A stretch of DNA of 64,000 nucleotides from Paraspadella gotoi (lineage: Eukaryota > Animalia > Chaetognatha). The DNA is taken from contig JBJCIZ010000239.1 in the NCBI GenBank assembly GCA_051294375.1, positions 123,036 to 187,035 on the forward strand. The letters are read 5' to 3'. The notes under the pieces were generated by a model. It did no database searches, had not been told where the DNA came from, and saw nothing but the letters and a program-made list of their open reading frames with translations. A program made the translations under genes and the position numbers. Below, one piece after another: positions 53,880 through 64,000 of this stretch (position 1 is its first letter; every line of letters begins with the position of its first letter).

Positions 53880-56800
53880 TTTTTTTTAAATTTATATAAA
53901 TATGTAAGTTGTGCTGCAGTAACAGCTCAGTCTAATCCGTTGAAAAACGATTGGCGCAGCCACAGGTTCTTTGACTTATTGATCAATTGATTTTATATAT
54001 ATTTTCAATATTTATTAAGAGTGTGTTATTATTTGTTTTGTTATGATCACTTATCAGTTTATGATCTCAAGAGATCGTGATTATTATCTGTTTAGGCTGA
54101 TTACTGCTAAATTATCGTAGGCAGATTCGACATTGTTTGCTCAAACTTGTTTCCATTTAAACTCATTTCTCCACTCGGACGATTCCATCTAAACTTGATT
54201 TCACGCTTCATCCAACACTTTCCTACCCACATAGCAAGAATTTCAAATAGTGAAATAGGATTTTTTTTTTCTAATTTTTCATTTAAACTCATTCCACTCG
54301 GACGATCTCATCGAAACTTAATATCCGGATCAATCACACACTTCCCTACCCACTCACAAAATTTCATTTTCATTCCATCCATCCAATCACCAGTTAATTG
54401 GAGTTTAATGCTAAGGGGGAGTAATTAATTAATTATTAATTTTTGTAATTAATTAAATATTAATTAATTACAAATAATTAACAATTAATTATTAATTATG
54501 ATCGAGATTGTTGTTTTGTGATTGATAGGCGAGACAAAGTGGAAAACGATTTTGACACGAATAAAAAAAATATAATAATTAATTGGAATTAATTATTTCA
54601 TTAATTAATATACGTGTTCACTATCTTTTATTTTTATTTTTAGATTTAAAAGTAACTATTATTTATGATTTCTATTTTTTTTGTTAAAATTTTTTTTGTG
54701 TTAAATATTTAAATGTAATATTATTTTTGTTTTTGATGGGGACGTGCATCTAAACAACCCAAGGTTTCCAGTTTTCTAATAGATATCGTACACTCATTCC
54801 TGTTGGAAAATATTATTGTTATATATATTTGTTATATTCTAGAAGAAGTTGAGAAGGAGCGCTGATGACAAAACTGCAAAGAAATAGTAGGAAACCCTAT
54901 TTATTGAAAAATATCAAAGAAAATGGTGGAAGAAAACAGAGAGAAACATTAGATTAAAAAGAAAAGAAACAAAAAAGACAAATAAGAATGAAGAAAAGAA
55001 AGGAAAGAAAACATGAGAGGAAAGAGAAAAAAAATAAATAAAAGAGAGAAAAAAAAGAGGAGAGATAAAAGAAAAAGAAGCAAATGAGAATTAGGAAAGA
55101 AAAGAGAAAGACAAAAGAGAGGAAAAAGGAAAGAAAAAGAAGCAATAAGAAAAGAAGAAGAAAAGAGGAAAAAAGAGAGGAAAAAGAAAGAAAAAGAAGT
55201 AAATAAGAAAAAATGAAAGAAAAGCAAGACAAACAAAAGAGAGGAAAGAGGAAGAAAAAGAGCAATAGAATAAATGAAGAAAGAAAGACAACAAAAGAGA
55301 GGAAAGAGGAAAGAAAAAGAAGCAAATAAGAATAAATGAAAGAACAGAAAGACAACAAAAGAGAGGAAAGAGGAAAGAAAAAGAAGCATAATAAATGAAA
55401 GAACATTATTAATAAATATAATAATTTAATATTTTGTTCATTATTTTTACTTGCATAATATTTTTAACTTGTATAATTTTTTTAATTTGCATAATTTTTT
55501 AAACTTTTCAACTTTTTGTAAACAATTTTTATGGGCTATCTAAATATGTTCTTAAAAAAGACAAATTCTAAAAATTTTTTTTTTTCATTTCCTATGCATT
55601 TATAAATATTTAAATGCTTCAATGTTATACTATGCTTCACTCGTTAAAAAGCGATAAATTTTGGCCCGCCTTATCACCCTGTGAAAGAAAGCGATCAGAA
55701 TCAGAAAGAGATCAGAATGAAAATCACCTCAAACTAAATCATGTTTGCTATTTTTTGCGAACGAAATAATTACATTGTTGTCATTGTAGTCGGGTCACGA
55801 CTGAAGGTGTCACGCTTAGAGGAGGGGTGAACTTTGCTATNNNNNNNNNNTCTTTTCTTATTTGCTTCTTTTTCTTTCCTTTTTCCTCTCTTTTGTTTTC
55901 TCTCTTTTCTTTCCTACATTCTCATTTGCTTCTTTTTCTTTTATCTCTCCTCTTTTTTTTCTCTCTTTTATTTTATTTTTTTTTCTCTTTCCTCTCTTAT
56001 GTTTTCTTTCCTTTCTTTTCTTCATTCTTATTTGTCTTTTTTTGTTTCTTTTCTTTTTTAATCTAATGTTTCTCTCTGTTTCTTCCTCCATTTTCTTTGA
56101 TATTTTACAATAAAAGGCTTTCCTACTATTTTTTTGCAGTTCTGTCATCAGCGCTCCTTCTCAACTTCTTCTAGAATATAACAAATATATATAACAATAA
56201 TATTTTCTAATATTTCCTACAGGAATGATGTACGATATCTATTAGAAAACTGGAAAACCTTGTTGTGTTTAGGATGACACGTCCCCATTTCATAAAAAAA
56301 TATATATTTTAACAAAAAAATAGATCTAAATTAATAGTTATTTTTAATTTAAAAATTAAAATATAGTAAAGATAGATGAAACACGTAATTAATTAATGAA
56401 AATAATTAATTAATTAATATTATTTTTTTTATTCGTGTCAAAATCGTTTTCCACTTTGTCTCGCCTCGTCAATTCACCAAAAACAACAATCTTCGATAAA
56501 CAAATTAATTGTTAATTATTTGTTATTAATTAATTAATACAAAAATTTAATAATTAATATTACTCCCCCCTTTAGCATTAACTCAATTACTGGTGATGTT
56601 GGATGGATGGAAATGAAATGAAATTTTGTGTCTGTTGGTGGGGAGTGTGTGATTGTCCGGATTATTAAGTTTCGATGAATTCGTGCCGAGTGGAAAATGA
56701 GTTTAATTAATTGGAAAAAAAGTTTGAGCAAGAAACAATGTCGGAATCTGCTTTCGATAATTTTTAGCGGGTAACTTCAGTAAAACAGATTAATAATCAC

Positions 56801-59480
56801 GATTCTCTTGAGATCAATGAACTGATAGTATCGATAACAAAAACAAATAATAACACACTTCTTTAATAAATATATGGAAGAATATATTAAATTTCAATTG
56901 ATCATAAGTCAAAGAACCTGTGGCTGACGCCAATAAATTGTAATCGTTTTCAACGGATTAGACTGAGCTTTTACTGGGGCAGCGCAATTAATATTTTATT
57001 ATTAAAAAAATATTTTATTAATAAATTTAATAATTTAATATTTTGTTCAATTATTTTTACTTGCATAATATTTTTAACTTGATAAATTTTAATTTGCTAA
57101 TTTTTTTAACTTGATATTTTTCATTTCCTAGCATTTGAAATTATTTAAAATGCTTCATGTTGATTGTACTATGCTTCGACTAGTTAAAAAAGCGATTAAA
57201 TTTTGGCCCGCCTTATCACCCTGTGAAAGAAAGCCGATTCAGAATCAGAAAGAGATCAGAATGAAAATCACCTCAAACTTAAATCATGTTTGCTTATTTT
57301 TTGCGAACGAAAATAATTACATTGTTGTCATTGTAGTTCGGGTCACCGACTGAAGTTTGTTCACGCTTAGAGGAGGGCGTGAACTTTGCTATGCCCCGAC
57401 TACAATCATTAAAAATGAAACAAAAAAGTGTTAATCGAAATCTAAAGCGAAACCCCAGTTCACGTAACAACCAGAAGGGTAAAACCATGTATTTTTTCAT
57501 TCTGATTCATAATTGTCTCTCACTCGTAAAAACTTTGTAAGGGGTTTGCTCTGACTTTTATTATTTATTTGCGGTGAAATGATTCTGCTTTTCTGTTAAC
57601 ACTTCAAGACTCCTTAAATGTTCTATAGAGAATATATAAAGTGATTAAGCGGCCAAAATTTATCGCTTTTTAACTAGATGAAGCCATAGTAATAACATTG
57701 AAGCATTTAAAATTTATAAATGCATAGGAAATGAAAATTATGCAAGTTTAAAAAAATTATGCAAATTAAAAAATTATACAACGAATTAAAAATAATATTA
57801 TTGCATACATCTGAATTGAAAAAAATAATGAAAACAAAATATTAAATTATTTCATTATAATTTTATCCAAAATAATCAAAAACTTATTTTTTTAAATAAT
57901 AAAATATTAATTGCCGCTGCGTAACAGCCTCAGTCTAATCGTCGTGAACGATTTACCATTATTGGCCTCGAGCCACAGGTTTCTTTGGAACTTATTGGAT
58001 TCAATTGATTATATATTATTACTATCCCAATTTCAAACGGATTTTATTATTTTATCAGAACATTTAGTATGTGAACTTCTACTATATAATAGCTTTTGTG
58101 CTATTGATTCATGTTTCTTATCCATTTTGTTCCATGACCGTTTATCTATTTACCGCTATTGATTTCCTCCGTCGGGGTGCGCGCACCTGGTCGCCAGTAC
58201 AGTCTCGTTGTTTTTAGTTCCTCTTGCCTCATAATCGTTCTTCCAGCGTTTATTTAACTGAATTCTGCGTGGTGCTAAAGGGACTTATCCGCTCCCGGTA
58301 AACGGAGTATAGTACGTAGGCCAGATTCAAGGCAGTTAGGGTAATTTTTCTGGGAACTCGCGTACAAGTTTGCTCTTTTTTCCATTTAACTCATATTCAG
58401 CGGGAACTACTCCGGACGGAATTCACGATCGAAATTTTTGTAATCTATCGGCCGGGTCGGCGAAGTATCAAGTACACACGCCGGCGAACATTCGGGCCCT
58501 ACCCCCACACAAAAAATTGTGTCGGCGATATTCCTAGTTCCTGGGCGATACCGATTTCCCAGATTGAACGACCGCGGGATTATCAATGCGATTGAGGAGA
58601 GGGTAATTGGGCTGAAAGATATTAATTGGCCGGGTGAATGGGTAAGACGAGGAGGGGAGCAGAATTAATAATTAATCATTTTTTGTCAATTAATTAATTA
58701 ATAACAAATAAGGTAGAATGTACACAAAGTACACAAAATTTTTTGCGAGGACTTCGTAGATTTTCTAAAAGTATTGTGAGCAATATGAGAGTCGAGACAA
58801 AGATGGGGGGAGAAAACGATTTTGACACGAAAAGACATAATAGTGGAAAAACGAATGATTATTTGACAACGAAATAAAAAAATAATATTAATTAAAAATT
58901 AATTATTTCATTAATTAATTACGTGTTTCACTATTCTTACTATTTATTTTTATTTTTAAATGTTTAAAATAACTATTATTTGATGATATCTATTTTTGTA
59001 AAATATATTTTTAGATGGGGACGCGACGCTGCATCTAAACAACACAAAGGTTTCAGTTTTTAATAGTATCGTACTTCATTCCTGTATGGAAATATATGTT
59101 ATATATATTTGTTATATTTTCAGAGAAGTTAGAAGCGAGCGCTGATTTGACAGAATGAAAAAAATTAGTAGGAAAGCCTTTTATTGAAAATATCAAGAAA
59201 ATGGAGGAAGAAACATGGGATGAGAACCATTTTATTTAAGAAAAGAAAAGAAACAAAAAACAAAATAAGAATTGAGAAGAAAGAAAGGAATAAAACATTA
59301 AGGAGAAAGAAAAAAAAAATTAAAATTTAAAAAGAGGAAAAAAAGAGGAGAGATAAAAGAAAAAAAGTTAGCAAAAGGAGAAGGAGAAAGAAAAAGAGAG
59401 AAAACAAAAGAGAGGAAAAAGAAAGAAAAAGAAGCAAATAAGAAAAGAAGAAAAAAAGAGAGAAAAAGAGAGAAGAAAAA
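53880..59480. repeat. Further partial copies of the 24490-28250 block in alternating orientation
   Basis: 53880-55400 (same orientation), 55405-55840 and 55850-57480 (inverted), 57640-59480 (same, very noisy). Contains a HINE-type end (GCAGATTCGACATTGTTTGCTCAAACTTGTTT, 54121-54152) and two ~125-bp tandem units starting TTTAAACTCATT (54156, 54282). Confidence 0.85.
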
Positions 59481-59859
59481 AAATTGGATACACAAAGATA
59501 TAATAAAGACAAGTTAAATTAAAATAGAATATGAAAAAGAAAAAGAAAAGAAAGTATAATACACGATAAAGGAGAGGAAAGAGAAAGAGAAAAGTCTAAT
59601 TGGGAAGAGGAATTAAATAATGCGAAAAACAGAGTAATAGAAAAGGGAGATTAAAGAAAATCACTATACTTTATTTGTTAGGAAAGAACCATAAGATAAG
59701 TAAGTGTAACGTTCTTCCGTTGTCGTAAGCCAAAAATGAAGAAGTAGTTGGATGTTGATGATTTTTTTTTTTTGAAGGGCGGGGACTTGTTTTTAATTGC
59801 GTGTTATTATAGTTTTAATAAGTTTAAGAAAACTGAAAAATTAAAGTTACTTATCTATT

Positions 59860-61030
59860 ATCCACCACCCCGTAAAATATTCTTGATTCGTCAAGGGAAC
59901 ACGCGGCAGAGGACTTATCTAAGGACCTTAGCAACACAGGGTATGAAATTTAAAGAAACTGGGAAAATATCATGTATTAAAGACAATCGACCATAAAAAC
60001 GAGAGAAGGAAAGTGACCCAGTCGATATGATATCATCTCTCAAAAATCATCGGTTTAGAATCTGGGGGTAATTCAAGGACGGAATTGGAAAAGGAAAAAA
60101 ACACGTATATCATGACTTTACTGTCAGACATGAGAGACATATGAGCGAATATCCTAGATAAGAACACAAACTCGTGAATTCAGTATCTCTCCCGATAATT
60201 AACTTCATGCTGAAAACGACCTTTACCCCAGGCTGCCTCGTGTCTCCATTTTTGTATGTATCCGGGAAGGAAACAGAGCGGGCAGATATTTTTGGGTCGG
60301 GACTTTTCCTCCGCAGCGCGCGCGTCACCGGCTTGGGGATGAAAATGACGTAAGAACAGCGGGTGTACTTGAGAGACGTGTGGACTGAAATGGACACGAA
60401 AGAGAGGAGATGTGGAAGAACCGGCTGGGTAGAAAAGTGCGGAAGATATGAAGCGGGCCAAACCGCTGGCAGCGCGAGAGACTGGAGGGAAGGAGAGTGA
60501 GATTGTAGGGGACGAGTGGTGCTAAGAAAGAGTTTGAGAGACAGTGACTGATATTCGTGTATACCTCAGTCCCGCGTTTAGACCATATCGGTCCGGCTCT
60601 TCCTGCTTGTTGTCCACATGAATGGGGAATTACAAATGGGGTATGACACACGGCGAGATTGCTGTAAAGGGCAGCCCGGGTCGCTCGTACTTACTCCGGG
60701 GCGGTCTGGGGCGGTGCGCGGCTTTTCGGATTGTATTCCTCACCATACTGTGTCTGGTCAGGGCCTTGCTCGGGCATCCCTCTCATGTGACCGGCCCTTT
60801 TCCCTGTCACTTGGCTCCTCCTTATGTTTCTCTCTCTCTCTCCTCTCCTCTCTCCTCCTCTCTTCATTCTCCCTCTATAAACGGGGGGCACCGTCACATT
60901 TAAAGCCCACCTCGCCGGGATACCAGGGGATTGGAAGTCAACACACCACAGAGGATCATCGCTTTCTTTTCGGTCACTGGCAGAGAACGAAAAATAAGTA
61001 AAATCCTTGAGCGTGGATTGTGACATAGAA
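59860..61030 (+). other. Heavily insertion-corrupted copy of the first GT14 exon plus the 257-bp insertion
   Basis: Landmarks occur in the same order as in 61665-62265: CCCCGTAAAATATTCTTGATTCGTCA, GTCACCGGC..AAATGACGT, GTATGACAC, GTGACCG..CCTGTCACT, GGCACCGTCACATTTAA, CCGGGATACCAGGG. Confidence 0.6.
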
Positions 61031-61283
61031 GACCTGCCTCAGCCTTCATTCTTGGAGACGTTACTTGTCGAGACTGAAAGGGTAACGAAGTAAAACACCA
61101 AAAACAACAAGCTAGAGTAGGAAAGACGTCTATCAGACTTTTAGTTATATTGGAAAAATGTTCGCTTTAGTGGTAAGGTTTGCCCACCATATCAATCGAT
61201 CATTAAGTTTGCAATGTAACTTTTTTTTATTTTATTCGGCTCATGAGATAGCACAAAACCTCTCTCTCTGCTCTCTCTCTTCC

Positions 61284-61314
<31 letters not shown>

Positions 61315-61695
61315 AATCCCAATTCTTCCTCTCTATCTGCTCTCTCTATATCACTCTCTTTCTCTCTCATTAACTTACACTTCTTTCTCTATATTACTCT
61401 TTATCTTTTCTCCTACTTGCGTTTCTTCGTGCCGGTTGTGTTTTCCTTTCTCTTGTTTTTTCCTTCTTGTTTTCTTTTTTTAACCTTCCTTCTCTCTCTC
61501 TTCTCTTCTTCTATTCTTGCACTCTTCACTCTCTATTTTCTCTCTCTTCTTTCTTCTCTTCTCTCTCTCTCGATTAAACTTGATTTTGCGAGCGAATTCC
61601 CGGAAGAAGTAATAATAAATCTTACCATTTTATTGCTGTNNNNNNNNNNNNNNNNNNNNNNNNNTTCCCCCCCCCCTAAATATCTTTATCGTCAG

Positions 61696-62003
61696 ACCCG
61701 CGACTTTCTCCTTCCGAAAGACGTTAATCGACTTCCGAATGACGTCAGTTGCTCATCTCTCAAATCTCGTCTGGGTTTTCGAGGCGGAAAAGGAAAATCT
61801 TTCTCTTCTCGCTCTCCTCTGGCCTTTGCCGTCCTGACCCACGGTCGTCGTTATTTCGAACAGACGCTTCGACTCCTGCGCGCCCTCACCGGCGGAAATG
61901 ACGTCGTCTGCTTGCACGTGGACGCTAAAGTCGATAACGCCACCTGGGCGGCGCTGAGGAGAGTTGGGACGTGTCTAGATGGCGTCGTGTTCGTAGAAAA
62001 GAG
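61696..62003 (+). CDS. GT14 (core-2/I-branching beta-1,6-GlcNAc-transferase-like, Branch family) glycosyltransferase, first visible exon
   Basis: ...CSSLKSRLGF...SPLAFAVLTHGRRYFEQTLRLLRALTGGNDVVCLHVDAKVDNATWAALRRVGTCLDGVVFVEK(R) fits the GT14 pattern PLA(F/Y)...H...RLLRA...C.HVD.K. 5' boundary uncertain (CAG at 61693-61695; the frame is open back to the gap). Confidence 0.85.
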
Positions 62004-62008
62004 GCTAG

Positions 62009-62265
62009 TATGACAACGGGAGGATAGCCTGTGATACCCGGGGCGCGGGTTATCTCACCAACTGGCGTAGGGGCTGCGGACCCTCAGTGACCGCCTCCTG
62101 TCACTGGCATGTTTATACCGGCACCGTCACATTTAAGCCATAACCGGGATACCCAGGGAATGAACCCGGGACGCACGGATGGAATGAGATGATTTAGCCT
62201 GCTCAGCCATTGAGACGAGGCTGAGGACGGACAGCAGTGAGGCAGCTTTAAGTCTTGCTGCCACA
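62009..62265. mobile_element. 257-bp solo-LTR-like insertion with 4-bp TSD CTAG
   Basis: CTAG at 62005-62008 and 62266-62269. Termini TATGACAAC...GCTGCCACA form an imperfect IR (6/9; TA..CA instead of TG..CA). Empty site seen in the copy at ~52001. Confidence 0.65.
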
Positions 62266-62645
62266 CTAGTTCATTACTTTTTTTTATTTTATCGGCTTAT
62301 ATATATAACAATCTATATACATATAATATATATATATATATATATGCGTTGTGTTTCCTTTTGTTTTTTCTTTGTTTTTTTTTTACTCTATGATTATCTA
62401 TTTTTATATTTAGTAATTCCCGAAGTAACTTACCATTTTATGGTTAAAAAAAAAAATTACATATCCGGAAAAAAAAATGTATTCTGTGGCGGTACATATT
62501 CACACCGCCTCACATCCAACATCGATCAGCCCATCTCATGTAAACTTGACGCGATGCTCCCAACTAGATTCAGTGAAATAAGTCGTAAATTGATATTTTC
62601 TTTGTCTCAAAGATATAGTTTCGATGTTTCCGCGTTCATCTTCAG

Positions 62646-62784
62646 AATTAATGTGGTTTGGGCCCGAATGTCCCTCGTGGACGCTCTGCTTTCATGCGGC
62701 GCCACTCTGCTGGCCCTGGACATTCAGTGGACGCACGTTATCAACTTTGCGTCGACGGCGTTTCCGTTGCGGACCAACGACGAG
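62646..62784 (+). CDS. GT14 glycosyltransferase, second visible exon
   Basis: TTCAG| then (R)INVVWARMSLVDALLSCGATLLALDIQWTHVINFASTAFPLRTNDE |GT, matching GT14 V.W...S.V.A.L.C...L....W...IN.....FPL.TN.E. Alternative in-phase donor after 62793. Confidence 0.88.
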
Positions 62785-63157
62785 GTTATTTCTGTGAGAG
62801 ATTTCGTGAACTGTTTAGTTTTGAGTCGCGCCGCGAATACACCCCTGAGCAACTCTATTGAAAATATCAAACAATTTTTTTCTACTGAGAGTCGTATAAA
62901 CCGAACATCGTGTGATACCACCCTACTCCGTCAGTTTTTACCTTCCTANNNNNNNNNNTTGAGTCGCGCCGCGAGCGCTCCCCTGAGCAACTCTATTGAA
63001 AATATCAAACAATTTATTTTCTACTTCGAGTCGTCTAAACCGAACATCGTGTGATACCACCCTACTCCATCGGTTTTTACCACCCGACTCCGTCAGTTTT
63101 TACTACCCTACTNNNNNNNNNNNNNNNNNNNNNNNNNTTCCTGTCCCTCCAACGTCA

Positions 63158-63288
63158 CCTTAACCAGTTTAACTCTGCCCGGTGGAGGATCTTTCTTTCA
63201 TCCGGATCCGCGCCTCCAAATGCGTCGTATTCAACATCTCCGTGAACGAGATTTCGTCCTTCGAAAAAAATCCAATATGGCGCCGATC
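63158..63288 (-). CDS. GT14 glycosyltransferase, third visible exon (inverted copy)
   Basis: CCGTCAG|ATC...GTTAAG|GTGACG. Reads IGAILDFFEGRNLVHGDVEYDAFGGADPDERKILHRAELKLVK if a T7 run is really T6; continues TNDE-I...L....G.N as expected for GT14. Confidence 0.7.
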
Positions 63289-63466
63289 TGACGGAGTAGG
63301 GTGTAAAAAACCGACGGGGAGTAGGTAGTAAAAACTGACGAGTCGGTTGGTAAAAACTGACGGAGTAGGGTAGTAAAACTGACGGAGTAGGGTGGTAAAA
63401 ACCGACGAGTAGGGTTAGTAAAAACTGACGGAGTCGGGTGTGTAAAAACCGATGGAGTTAGGTGGT
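63289..63466 (-). repeat. ~23-bp minisatellite (TTTTTACTACCCTACTCCGTC[A/G]G), about 8 units, abutting the exon-3 acceptor
   Basis: Directly visible; also at 53030-53225 and 63057-63112. Confidence 0.9.
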
Positions 63467-64000
63467 ATCACACGATGTTCGGTTTAGACGACTCGAAGTA
63501 GAAAATAAATTGTTTGATTATTTTCACATAGAGTTGCTTCAGGGGTAGCGGCTCGCGGCGCGACTCAAATACTAAACAGTTCACGAAATCTCTCACAGAA
63601 ATAACCTCGTCGTTGGTCCGCAACGAAACGCCGTCGACGCCAAAGTGATAACGTGCGTCACTGAACGTCCAGGGCCTCAGCAGAGTGGCGCGCATGAAAG
63701 CAGACGTCCACGAGGGACATTCGGGCCCAAACCACATTAATTCTGAAGATGAACGCGGAAACATCGAACTTTATCTTTGAGACAAAGAAAATATCGATTT
63801 ACGGACTTATTTCACTGCAATTTATTTGGGAGCGATTGCCACAAGTGTTACATGAGATGGGCTGATCGATGTTGGATGTGAGGCGGTGTGAATATGTACC
63901 GCCACAGAATGCTTTTTTTTTTCCGGATATGTAATTTTTTTTTTAACTCATAAAATGGTAAGTGACTTCGGAATTACTAAATATAAAAATAGAAATCATT

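Larger units (their letters stand above)
63137..64000 (-). repeat. Inverted copy of the GT14 intron1-exon2-intron2-exon3 region
   Basis: Reverse complement of ~62395-63110 and ~52450-53362; noisy exon 2 at ~63606-63742; joined across a 25-N gap. Confidence 0.9.

Noticed and set aside
62959-63112. Tandem duplication of 62819-62945
   Set aside because: Overlapping contig ends on either side of a 10-N gap.
63289-63466. CRISPR-like array (also considered for 1528-1705 and 34300-34770)
   Set aside because: Units are contiguous or separated by microsatellites, with no unique spacers and no cas genes; eukaryotic context.
51650-64000. Tandem/inverted GT14 gene cluster of 3-4 paralogues
   Set aside because: Copies differ mainly by indel noise and abut gaps; more simply one locus, possibly two alleles.

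Overview
Eukaryotic, most likely invertebrate metazoan, genomic DNA from a draft gap-filled assembly. It is AT-rich, has many N gaps and is dense in (AG)n, (GAC/GTC)n, (GAAT)n and (GACG/GACA)n microsatellites. Almost all ORFs in the track are low-complexity or gap artefacts. Much of the window consists of direct and inverted copies of the same few kb, usually one clean and one indel-noisy. One fold-back is centred on what looks like a corrupted PacBio SMRTbell adapter, so copy numbers are unreliable. Recognisable biology: (1) exons of a GT14 (core-2/I-branching, 'Branch') glycosyltransferase, with an inferred GC-AG intron, a 257-bp solo-LTR-like insertion (CTAG TSD) in that donor site, and a minisatellite built from its 3' splice site; (2) a broken LINE (endonuclease plus RT motifs) at about 14.85-19.16 kb; (3) a ~300-bp repeat family headed by the 3' half of tRNA-Leu including CCA; (4) DINE-1/HINE-like (Helentron-associated) elements; (5) a MITE-like foldback; (6) several candidate exons missed by the ORF track. 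I found no convincing novel multi-gene system. The best leads are the repeat families and the splice-site-associated structures in the GT14 gene. All comparisons were made by eye, so boundaries of large blocks are approximate.
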